A stretch of DNA of 64,000 nt from Tortispora ganteri (lineage: Eukaryota). Each line of letters begins with the position of its first letter. The stretch's first letter is position 1. Below the pieces are notes generated by a model. It was not told where the DNA came from. It saw nothing but the letters and a program-made list of their open reading frames with translations, and did no database searches. Location of the stretch: NCBI GenBank assembly GCA_003707115.1, contig PPNB01000004.1:62001-126000 (forward strand), in the 5' to 3' direction. This document shows positions 44,544 through 54,608 of the stretch, piece after piece. The position numbers were made by a program, and so were the translations under genes.

Positions 44544-47000
44544 CTAAGAAAGCTCTGGAGGCACGTTACCTGCATACAGGAACTTCAATGGCCGGGTTCT
44601 TTGGCCTGGAAACCTTCTGAAATCCTCGAGCATCTTGCAACATTGTTTCGCAGAGTATCCTTTTGATATACCTCTCTCTATAGCGCGGCATATTCTAAAC
44701 CTGCGGCTAAAAGACTTGTTCAAGGCTGTGCCATTTGGTCTCCACTTGTTCCCGTGCTGAAGTTCAAGCATTTTGACTGCAGGAAACCCATTTCGGCCCT
44801 TATAGTACTCTTCCCATATCTGTTCAACTGTTGTGGGAGACTTTATAAAACAAAATCTCTTTGCTTCGTCCAGGTTATGCCAATACGGACGATACGAGTC
44901 TGCAGTTCTCGGACTGCCTGCCTCTGGAGGCCTTTCATGTGTAGACGTTCCATCCGAATGAGAATTTCTACCTGGTACTTGTTCCGGCATTCTAAAAGTG
45001 CCCAAATCGACGCCATTCATTCTATTCAAAGACGCCATGTCCATACCTGTCAAGATGTTGTGTGCCGAATGAGTGTCTTGGTGACTCGACTCATCAAGGT
45101 GCTGTTCTTCTCGAGTCTGGACAACAAGGTGACTATTATCTGGAATATTGAAATGATTGAGGATACTCTTGAGCATCATTTTGTTCTGTTTCGACTCACT
45201 CACTTGCTGCCCCAGAAGAGCCTCAATGCGATCTAGCTGAGCAGATTGCCGTGTCGTATACAGCTCAAAATCATGCGCGTAAGTACGCATATTTGCTTCT
45301 ATGCGGTTCATACTAATCTGACTGTCCACCGCATGTTCTTTAAGGTCCATGCTATCTCGAACAACAATTTCCGGGTCGTTTCTGTGGACGAACTCTGTCT
45401 GTCTCTGGACAAACTCCGCATATTCCGGCGTCTTGAAAACGGGGTGTTGGAAAACCGGGTGAGTGTTATTCAACTCAGGAAACTTTTCTATCACAAACTT
45501 CTTATCTTGAAGTAAAACCTTTCGCAAATGTTGGAATAGTGAGACAACCTGTGTTACAAGCGTGCCATTGCCCTTTTCCGTGTCATCGATCACTTCGTGC
45601 AGAACGTTATCTTTTATCGCATCCACATACTTGTTGATAAAAGGAAATATCTGCCTCTGTAGATATTCAGGGGGATCTAAAGCAGCTCTAGGATTGAAGT
45701 ATGTGCCATTTTTAGGAAACCCTGCCAAAGAAAGTACCACAGTTCTCGGAATCGCATAAATGTAAGAATTTGTGAGAGCGCTGGACTTATCGCCAGAACT
45801 CCATCCACCAAAGCGCTCAATATCGTAAACAGATACACCATTCATCTCGGCCTCATGCGCAGCACACGCCCTAGATGAATGAGTGATATGGTCTGTTGAG
45901 ATATTCAGTTTATCCAACATAGCTTTCATAGGTAGGTAATGAGCTCGATAAGCTGACCTTTCTTCCTTGTCAGTTTGTTTCGCGTGGACTTTACGGCCAT
46001 CGGACCGCTCAGAAATGACTGCCTCGTAGTAGTAATGTCTTTTGCTTGTAAAATCAAGTGGTCTGTGTCCATTAATTTCGTATTTTTCAGCCATATGCAT
46101 TGCCAACCAGAAATGCACGCACCGCTCGACAGTTTTGTGTCTGAGGGCACATACGGTTTCCTTATGGCCACATTGATTTGTTTTAGAATATGTAGGAGTA
46201 CTAAAGATTGCAGTTTCGTCACCTACTGCAGCTATTGCACCGCACCGCCCAACGTAGAGAGTGATCAATCTTGTCTTCCGAAGGGAGTTTCCACTGCACA
46301 TGAAAGAATGACACGCAGCGATGCTAGCCGGCAGAGATGTCATGCTACGTCTGCTCATACTGGTATGGAGTAGATGGTCCATAATTTTGAGAAGGTCTTC
46401 AGTACTGTAAGCGCATCTATTTACGTAATCCGTGTGATCCATTACCTTGTCATGATGTATAACTTTCTTGTATTTCACGTTCCTTAAAAATTGCTTAACA
46501 TAGTCCCCTCTAGGTCCAGGCCACTCCGGAATCCCTTCTTTTTTCGCTTCGCGAACTTGTTCTTTGTGTAAGTACACCAAGGTACCTACATAATTGTCCA
46601 GTGTTCCGACCGCGTACGGCACTGCCATCACATTTCCAGATTCATCTGTACAATGCTTTTTGGTACCTGAGTCTTCTAGGTTCTTAAGAAAACTCAAAGC
46701 TTTGGCTTCAGTGACAATATATCTTTGTAGTCCAACTTTTTCCTGATAGATTTCATCGCAGAATGCATTCCAAGCCTTGATTTTAATATCATGATTTCTT
46801 TTGGTATTCTCGGGCATGAGACTACTCGACTCTTGAGCGACCTGCCTTTCTGCTTCTCGCTCGTAAATTTTAGCCCATCTCTCTGTAGCCACTTGCGCAT
46901 TTATCTCTAAAAGAGTGGCTCTGCTGACACTTGTCAATCTACCAAGCGGATCTCTTTGTTCCATCGGAGTTTCTCCTGCAACGGTACAAGGTGCTTGCAT
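44544..47000 (-). CDS. Crypton (CryptonF)/Ndc10-like protein: tyrosine-recombinase-fold domain plus GCR1_C (copy 2)
   Basis: PENTKRNH, VTEAKALSFL, SKTNQCG, ALRHK....C, THSSR, FGGW...LTNSY, LAGF, LQRQIFPF, LRKVLLQD, HPVFQHPVF, TVEQIWEEY..G....PAVK.LE..HG.KWR.......FSRR. Confidence 0.88.
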   Translation of the reverse strand: MQAPCTVAGETPMEQRDPLGRLTSVSRATLLEINAQVATERWAKIYEREAERQVAQESSSLMPENTKRNHDIKIKAWNAFCDEIYQEKVGLQRYIVTEAKALSFLKNLEDSGTKKHCTDESGNVMAVPYAVGTLDNYVGTLVYLHKEQVREAKKEGIPEWPGPRGDYVKQFLRNVKYKKVIHHDKVMDHTDYVNRCAYSTEDLLKIMDHLLHTSMSRRSMTSLPASIAACHSFMCSGNSLRKTRLITLYVGRCGAIAAVGDETAIFSTPTYSKTNQCGHKETVCALRHKTVERCVHFWLAMHMAEKYEINGHRPLDFTSKRHYYYEAVISERSDGRKVHAKQTDKEERSAYRAHYLPMKAMLDKLNISTDHITHSSRACAAHEAEMNGVSVYDIERFGGWSSGDKSSALTNSYIYAIPRTVVLSLAGFPKNGTYFNPRAALDPPEYLQRQIFPFINKYVDAIKDNVLHEVIDDTEKGNGTLVTQVVSLFQHLRKVLLQDKKFVIEKFPELNNTHPVFQHPVFKTPEYAEFVQRQTEFVHRNDPEIVVRDSMDLKEHAVDSQISMNRIEANMRTYAHDFELYTTRQSAQLDRIEALLGQQVSESKQNKMMLKSILNHFNIPDNSHLVVQTREEQHLDESSHQDTHSAHNILTGMDMASLNRMNGVDLGTFRMPEQVPGRNSHSDGTSTHERPPEAGSPRTADSYRPYWHNLDEAKRFCFIKSPTTVEQIWEEYYKGRNGFPAVKMLELQHGNKWRPNGTALNKSFSRRFRICRAIERGISKGYSAKQCCKMLEDFRRFPGQRTRPLKFLYAGNVPPELS

Positions 47001-47140
47001 TCCAGTGGCAGTAACGCAGTTTATAGATCCTCTATATTATGCTTAAATGCACTCAACAATATTTCAATTACTCTGGTTACAAATTATCCTCTTAATTTTT
47101 TGTTTATGTGCCGTTTAAGTCAAACTAAAGTAGAGGTCAA

Positions 47141-47172
47141 ACGCGTGCTGGTAAATGCTATGATTTACGCGT
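47141..47172. promoter_or_regulatory. Twin ACGCGT (MCB-type) boxes upstream of Crypton-like copy 2
   Basis: ACGCGT at 47141-47146 and 47167-47172, 140-170 bp upstream of the ATG at 47000. Confidence 0.6.
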
Positions 47173-47294
47173 CTAATTGAATATGGGGTTGGTGTTGATA
47201 TTATCTTAGCAACTGAGAACCTATCTGGCTATGTTACCTAACCCTGATTCCGATCATATAAAAAAAAGCACCCAACCTTACCTTTGAACCTTAG

Positions 47295-47323
47295 ACAATT
47301 GTAAGCGGTAAGCTTACAAGTGT
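47295..47323. repeat. Inverted repeat 12-5-12 (one mismatch) containing TAAGCGGTAAG, which recurs at 44507-44517
   Basis: ACAATTGTAAGC-GGTAA-GCTTACAAGTGT. Confidence 0.7.
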
Positions 47324-48560
47324 TGTTGGATCACTCTAGTAGTATCGCATACGTGAGGTGAAACTGCCGGGTTCCCTTATTAGAGGCCCTGCTCGAGCTC
47401 CATAAAAATGCTACGCATGTTTGTGACTTCCAGTTGTCCCACCCTGGATTTGGACAACTACTGACCTAATGTGAGATTTATTAGTCACAGGACAATTTGG
47501 TTTATAAACGACAGAAGATGATGCCATAGATGGAAAAAGAACAAGTAAAGTAGTATGCAAGGTTCATAGTACGCAGCTAAAAAATCTCGTAACCAGTGTA
47601 GTATAAAATATTACCTGTATAGATAATGTTACGCGTAGAGATTATTAATAGTTAGTCAGACTGCGGCCAACGAACAAGAATAGTGAGTCACTTTTAATGA
47701 TTTGTATTCAAACAAATACGGTGCATGTGCTTATTGAAATCTTATATAAAACTGAATTCAATTAGATTTATAGTTAAAGTTATTGTCAGATTACTATAAT
47801 AGGTACTGGGAAAGGTGCAGTTCTTGTGTGATAATTTAAAATTAAATTCACCTAGCGGTCTCTAACCATCTTTAACACAAAGAGTGGCTCCTATATATCA
47901 TCATAATATCTCCATATAGTATCAGTCCTTATGAAGGTTCTGCTGTTTATCTTAGATTGCATGAGTTATTTATGTCTTCAAAGGCAAGAAGCCACTTTCA
48001 GTGATGGCAAGACTCAGTAGGAAACAAAAAGGATACATGCAGATGGTAACTATGCTAAATCAATATGTCACGATCGGATATTCTAAATCTCGCGTTTATA
48101 AGTTGCTAATGTGATATTCGTACGCGATTATAGTTTTAGTCCGCACAAAGCACAACCTAGATTAAGATCAAGGGGGGTTTTTGGTTATTCGTGATTTAGT
48201 AGCTTAACTTTTTATTGTGATAACATGGGTTCTTTATAGATAAGCTTTCTATCCGAAATGAGTAATGCTGAGCATAATAGACTAGAAATTCATCTCAATT
48301 GATGTATTCTAAAGATATCTAAGAAGAATAAGGCTAAACAAGGGGGCCAGACGGTGTATATGGGTGTAGAGCATTTAACGTATCACAACTCTGTAAAAAG
48401 AAATGCAAACGAGATTTAGATTTAGATGATAAAACTTAACACAGTGAAAGCCGGTGTTTGAAGAAGTAGAAGCACATAGCTCAGAATATAAAAGGAGCGC
48501 TCAGTAGAATAATTGCTCTGTAGCTACAGCGTGCTTGAGCAGTATTAAAGAAATATAAAC

Positions 48561-50348
48561 ATGAATCTTCTGACGGTACAGGAAAATGCAACAATAAGTT
48601 ATACCAATTGGAACTTTACTTCGGATAAGTTTCAAGGATCTGCGTCTTTGAGACCCACTATCCAAATGTCTACTCCTTCTGACACAGACAATAGTCAATT
48701 TTCATTGTTATATATGCAAACACCTATTGCTATAAGCATGGACAATCAAACAGTTACTTCGACCGGAAAACATTTAGTTAGTTTCACTCCTTCCAAAGAT
48801 GAAGACAACGTCCTAAAATCATACGAAAGTCAATCATTCTCTACGGGTAGCCAAGTATTGTTGCAAGTCCCGGTATCACCTTCTGATCATTCCGTTGTAA
48901 ATTCTAATATTCCAAAATTTAATGGGTATCTCTTGGTAAATCGCTCAACAGTCTCTGCTGCTCCAATAGAGACACATGATGGTTCTATGTTCAATAACTC
49001 TCAGATTGCGTCTGCTAATAATTTAACAGAGAGTTCGAAGATAGCTTATTCACCTGCTACGACCAACAACCTATCGGCGCCAGTTGTCTTCAACTTAGGC
49101 TTTTCAGCTACGTCAGGTAAATCTGTATACAAGTTTGCTAACGACTCTTCTTTGATGCAGAATAATAATAACATGGGAATCTCAAAGAGTGACGGCAGTA
49201 ATAGCTCATTATTTACACCGGTTGTATCGAGAAACATGATGAAACATTCGAGTATACACCAGAGCAAGCTTGCGAACGCCACACAGTCAAAAATTGCGAA
49301 TGTCACTGAGATCACCAAGTCAATCCCCTTTGCAGTTGTTTCATTGGTAACAGAAAGTGTATTTAACACTACTATCAAGGAGTCTGTCAATGCTACCAGT
49401 TTCATCGTCGAGGTTCCGAAGAGGTACGTAAACAGTTCACTCCATACTCAAGCGGTATATACAAGCACAGTGAACAGCTCGGACATTCATGATGGCAAAT
49501 ATATAAGCGCCACGAAGAGTCCGATTGAGGTCGATGCCACTGGAGTGGCAAATGCGACTTTATTAAGCCTTGTTAATGTCACTGAGATAACCAAATCAAT
49601 CCCTTTTGCAGTTGTTTCATTGGTGACGGAGAGTGTTGAATACACTACTATCAAGGGGTCTGCCAATGATACCACTTACAGCGGCGAGGTTTCGAAGAGG
49701 TACGTAAACAGTTCACTCCAAAACCCAACGGTATATACATGCACAGTGAACAGCTCGGACATTTACGATGGCAAATATATAAGCGCCACGAAGAGTCCGA
49801 TCGAGGTCGATGCCACTGGAGTGGCAAATACGACTTTATTAAGCCTTGTTAATGTCACTGAGATAAGCAAGTCAATCCCTTTTACAGTTGTTTCATTAGT
49901 GACGGAGAGAGTATTCAATACTACTGTCGAGGAGTCTGCCAATGCTACCAGTTTCATCGTCGAGGTTTCGAAGAGGTACGTAAACAATACACTCCAAACT
50001 CCAGCGGTATATACAAGCACAGTTAACAGCTCGGACATTCACTATGGCAAACATATTAACGCCACGAAGAACTGGACAGACGTCGATACCACTGGAGCGG
50101 CTAATACCAGTGTATTTGCAATGACATCTTCTTCATCAAATAACTTTGCAACACTATCACTTTGGACTGGTGAACGCGCCATATACAACAACAGTAACAG
50201 ATCATTAATTGCACCATTAGTTTCAACAACCATAGTGAATAATTCGGTGATTTATCATAGCAATGTTGAGAATGCGGTCAAGCCTAGGTCAAAAAATAAT
50301 GGAGTGCTTAGTCTAACGACCATAGCTGTTGAAACTTCAACAAATTAG
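48561..50348 (+). CDS. Ser/Thr/Asn-rich protein with three ~92-aa internal repeats (cell-surface-like, possibly degenerate)
   Basis: 595-aa ORF with many N-x-S/T sequons; no N-terminal signal peptide or GPI tail visible. Confidence 0.65.
   Translation: MNLLTVQENATISYTNWNFTSDKFQGSASLRPTIQMSTPSDTDNSQFSLLYMQTPIAISMDNQTVTSTGKHLVSFTPSKDEDNVLKSYESQSFSTGSQVLLQVPVSPSDHSVVNSNIPKFNGYLLVNRSTVSAAPIETHDGSMFNNSQIASANNLTESSKIAYSPATTNNLSAPVVFNLGFSATSGKSVYKFANDSSLMQNNNNMGISKSDGSNSSLFTPVVSRNMMKHSSIHQSKLANATQSKIANVTEITKSIPFAVVSLVTESVFNTTIKESVNATSFIVEVPKRYVNSSLHTQAVYTSTVNSSDIHDGKYISATKSPIEVDATGVANATLLSLVNVTEITKSIPFAVVSLVTESVEYTTIKGSANDTTYSGEVSKRYVNSSLQNPTVYTCTVNSSDIYDGKYISATKSPIEVDATGVANTTLLSLVNVTEISKSIPFTVVSLVTERVFNTTVEESANATSFIVEVSKRYVNNTLQTPAVYTSTVNSSDIHYGKHINATKNWTDVDTTGAANTSVFAMTSSSSNNFATLSLWTGERAIYNNSNRSLIAPLVSTTIVNNSVIYHSNVENAVKPRSKNNGVLSLTTIAVETSTN
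49299..50110 (+). repeat. Tandem coding repeat, 276-bp period, about 3 copies
   Basis: Units begin AATGTCACTGAGAT at 49299, 49575 and 49851. Confidence 0.95.
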
Positions 50349-53300
50349 CTTAACAAAAGAAGTTCTCGGCATGAATCGTCGGGACGAAAATAAATTACTC
50401 ATTCAACCTTCAAAATACTCCACCAATGTCGACGGTATTAAGATCGTCAAAGAAGAAAGCCAATGATACTGACACTACTGCAACCCTAAGTCCAAATACC
50501 GAAATGCTTAGGAGAGCGACTATACTCAGCGAACGCTTGCTGAATAGGAGATGAAGAACTCGTGCTGTCATAGAGTCTCGAATTTCAGCTGAGAAAGATA
50601 GCGCGCTATGTGCTAAGACTGAGTAAACCTCAGTAAAGAGAACTGTGTCAAGCTGTGGGTCTAGCGATCAGAGCCAAAAGAAACTTATTCTAATTATAAA
50701 GAGTACTAAACAATATAAAGCAATACTGCAGATAAAATATAAAGAAGGAAATCTTTAGCAAAAGACTAAATCAAATTTTGAAGAGGTTACACACGCAGCC
50801 TAGTTCACTGTTTGAATGTGCCAGAAGGAGGGGAGCATAGAGTGAACGAACTGTGGGCTTTTCAATCCTTTATAAGGACCGGGATGGAAAACATTTTGAT
50901 CGACGAATAGCTAGATAGCTAGAAATAGATCTTAAGTGGTTTACATTAAACTAACCTAAACTATCAGAGATATATTGTTCACCCTATAGGTGCAATATGG
51001 GCTTAATACTGTTTAATGAAGTTTTTTTTTTGACTCCCATTGGATTCTATTCATATCTTCATAGATGAAGACATCACCTACGATGATAAGGCTAGATAGT
51101 AGAGGAGCTACTATGTGAGTACCAGTACTGTATAACCTTGCCAACGCTAGATACGCAGAATAGCAGCGCAATCTTTGCAAGCTTAGTAGAAACCACTCAT
51201 ATACAGCGAATATGAGAAATTCAAGACTAAACTATGTACGGAGTCGGTTCTTAATAACGGTAGTGAGAGCTAAGAAGCAGTCTGGCATACATCTGCTTTG
51301 TTCTAGATAATCTAAGTGACATAGCTCATAACATAAGCTGGATAGAGGTAACTATGTGGCGATAGGATATTTAAGCTCAACTTCAGAATATGTACCCTTA
51401 CCATGGCCCATTTGCCATAATAATGATATATTATAGAATCAGCCGCAAATCATCATACTGAAAGTAAACTTAACTGCAAATTATAGTACAGAATAGTTAT
51501 CCTTCTTTTGCGTAACTAGAATTTACTCTGCGAAATCAAAGTATGTAAAGTGATAAAGGCGGCGTCAAAATTAAGCAAGCGTAACGCCACAAATAAGATC
51601 TTTAAAAGGTAACTCTAGAAATGAGGAATCGGTGGTGTCTATGCTGCACTGAGCAAATTGAGTACGTACCAATATTGGTGAAATCGACGTTGCAAAGAGA
51701 AAATTCTTCTTTGCCGTGTATTCATTGTTTGTACCTTATTGCTAAATACTAACTAATTCGTAAAGATTCATAAAGTGCTTCAAAGAGTGTGTTAAGTAGT
51801 CTAAGGATACATAAATCAATGAAATAGTTCTTTGAGTGATTCCGCTAATCGCATCAAAGTACTGGGACTCTCTATTTTGCCCTTTAGATATGCAAGTATC
51901 ATATTGCAGAAAATTATAAAAAGTAACGTTAAATAACCATGGAGCAAAAGAAGAACATGAGAAGGTCGAATAGATCATAAAGGAACATTAGAAAATTTAT
52001 AGATCACTGTCCGTGTGGCAATAGTTTTATCAGGGGACTATTTTTATGTACATTTATAAACTCTCTCCGTGTTAAAGAATATGAATATATGTACAAAGAG
52101 TTCGTCCTGAAGCACCATGTGGAAATTTTAACGAAAGAGTAGGTTATGAATAGCATCTGATCGTAAAAAATGCTGCACAGGATTATTTTAGAGCTGTTTA
52201 TTTATTGGCACAACATGTCTGATCTATTACCATGTCTAAGGAGGTTAATGTTAGATTGGTAATATTGTAGACGAAGTATTAACTTCGGGGGGTTGTATGC
52301 TTATGATATATGGTTCTGTGGCTAGGAAAAATGCAAAAACACAGTCGCAACGCCTCACAATGCACAATAGTTTTAATAGAACGAGCCGGAAGGAAAAATA
52401 CTTAAAACACATATTGGTAGTTATGGTTTTTATTGACCGCCAAGAGTAAGCAAACTGAACATATTTAAGGTAAGAAAATCGTATCACGAAAAATATCATC
52501 AAGGTACCTGATACATTCCTGGTCAATATGTGGCGGTGAAAGAAGGAAAGTAGTATACATTACTTATTAGATTAAATGTTAGATTGTATTCATGTTTAAT
52601 CCGTGCTACCTAACTGGCTTGATTTCTAAGCACTTACAGGTACATTACTAGAGAACTAGCTATATGGATTGAGTTTATGTGTAGAGTATTCTACTGTGGC
52701 AAGGCAAACTGAAGATATGGCGGCGATGCCGTATCTTACATAGTAACAATTGTGATAGAATGAGCCGGTGCTCAGAAAATTTTATTCCACGGGCCTCCTT
52801 ATAGCTTCTATTTATCATTCAGAGTATATGTAGCGCATTGTGGAAAGGAGATTGGGCTACGCAGAATTAAGGCAAAGAAATTATACTCTGCCTAATAAAT
52901 GTGTTTCTATAGAAATAGATTAGTAAAGATTACTTTTTAGAAGAAATAGCAGACTAGTTTTACAAATAGTGTTACATAAGTGGACGTCGTCACAGTGAAA
53001 CGGTACTTTTATTTCTAGCAACAGCCCCACTGGATTTCACTCATTTCTTTAGTCATTCGGAGTTCGGGCCTTTTACGGCCTTAAGGTATCGTAGTCTTGG
53101 GTTCTTAGGCTTGATACTTGGAAGTGATATTATGGAGCAGATTGCTTACTCACTCATTTGTAATTGGCCTCATTTTGAGAGGAAGAAGCGGACGAACAAG
53201 ACATAAGTAGATATTTACGTGCTATATAGCATGTCTAGGTTATGAAGTTCCAGACATAAAAGCACTGTAGCAGATATCCGTAAAAGAATGGAGAGCGAAT

Positions 53301-54608
53301 AATACAAGGATTGAAAGACGCCACTGTTGACTTCTTGCCTTCCATTCAAAGAAAGTCGTGACCTATGTACATGTCCAAGGTCCTTTCTTCTGCAATCATG
53401 GATACTGTGCTGACGAATAATCTGCCCAGTTCCATATTATGCATTGCCTGGCAGTTGGATAATAGTCGCAGAATACTGGTAAGATATAGAAAGTAACGGG
53501 CACGTGCGTTGTTCTTGTTGTAATAGATATCTATATAAATGTACACATATTTTTCAATTGTGTTTTATGTTGCTGAGCAATTAGTGCGAGTTACATTTAT
53601 GCAGTATGTACAATAACCAGATTTATATTGTCGAAATCAGAGTAATCCAACGGCTTAATAGTGGTAACTGGGTGGCGTTGATATTTTATCGACATTGTTG
53701 GGTAAGATAGTGAATAAATACTAAACGCCACACAGTGCATGATACCATGTTCAGGCTCTCAACTGACTTGCATACCTTAATCGCGTCTGTGATATACTTC
53801 CGGCTTGGTTGTTGATTAACTAGCGCACTGTCGAAATTTAATTTAAAGAGCTGCACTAGTGTTATTTTTAAATTCCATTCCTTTCTTGGGTAAATTTTTT
53901 AGAACCAGTCGGCTTTTTTGGGCTGGAATGTTAGGAATTATAATAGTTCATATTGAGTAAGCTATGGGTTTAAGAATGATTTTGATATATATAAAAAACC
54001 TAATGACAGAAGGCTTGGCAATGTTACCGCGCTAACTTTCGGATTCCAGGCAATTAGCGACAGTACGCTGGAGTGGCATATTTTAGAAAAGGTGTTGCAC
54101 TAATGTCTTTCTTATTGCTAGTAGTAGCCTTATAGAAACATGGTAAGCAGAATCTGATCAGTTTTAAGTTTATAGTTTCATGTTCATATTATATATATAT
54201 TTTAAGCCCAGGGAATACTCAAAGTTGCCACCAAAGGAGATATCTTCTCAATTTCCGGTAACTTGTAATAGAGTTACTTGTGGAACGTCGGACGTTGGCT
54301 GTGCGGATGGTTCTATATGCTATCGGGCGCGTTATTAAAAACGTTCGGCTCATTAAATCATGAGAGCAATTCAGGTAAAACCGCAACACGCTTAAAAGCA
54401 AGTAAATTTTCAATTGAATAATCATTATTGACCTTATTTGATAATTAAAAGCAAAAGTGATATACAATGCGAGTCAAATAATATATGAAGCAGTAACGTA
54501 AGTAAAAATACAGGAACATTAGAAAAAAAGGACCGACTCTCGGTGACAAATGAGGAACGTGTATCGTAGATTTTATGCAAAGGCCAGAAACAAGATTATA
54601 AAGAGATT

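Noticed and set aside
53068..53076. GCCTTTTAC, matching U5 snRNA loop 1
   Set aside because: Flanks do not form the U5 stem around the loop and I see no appropriately placed Sm site
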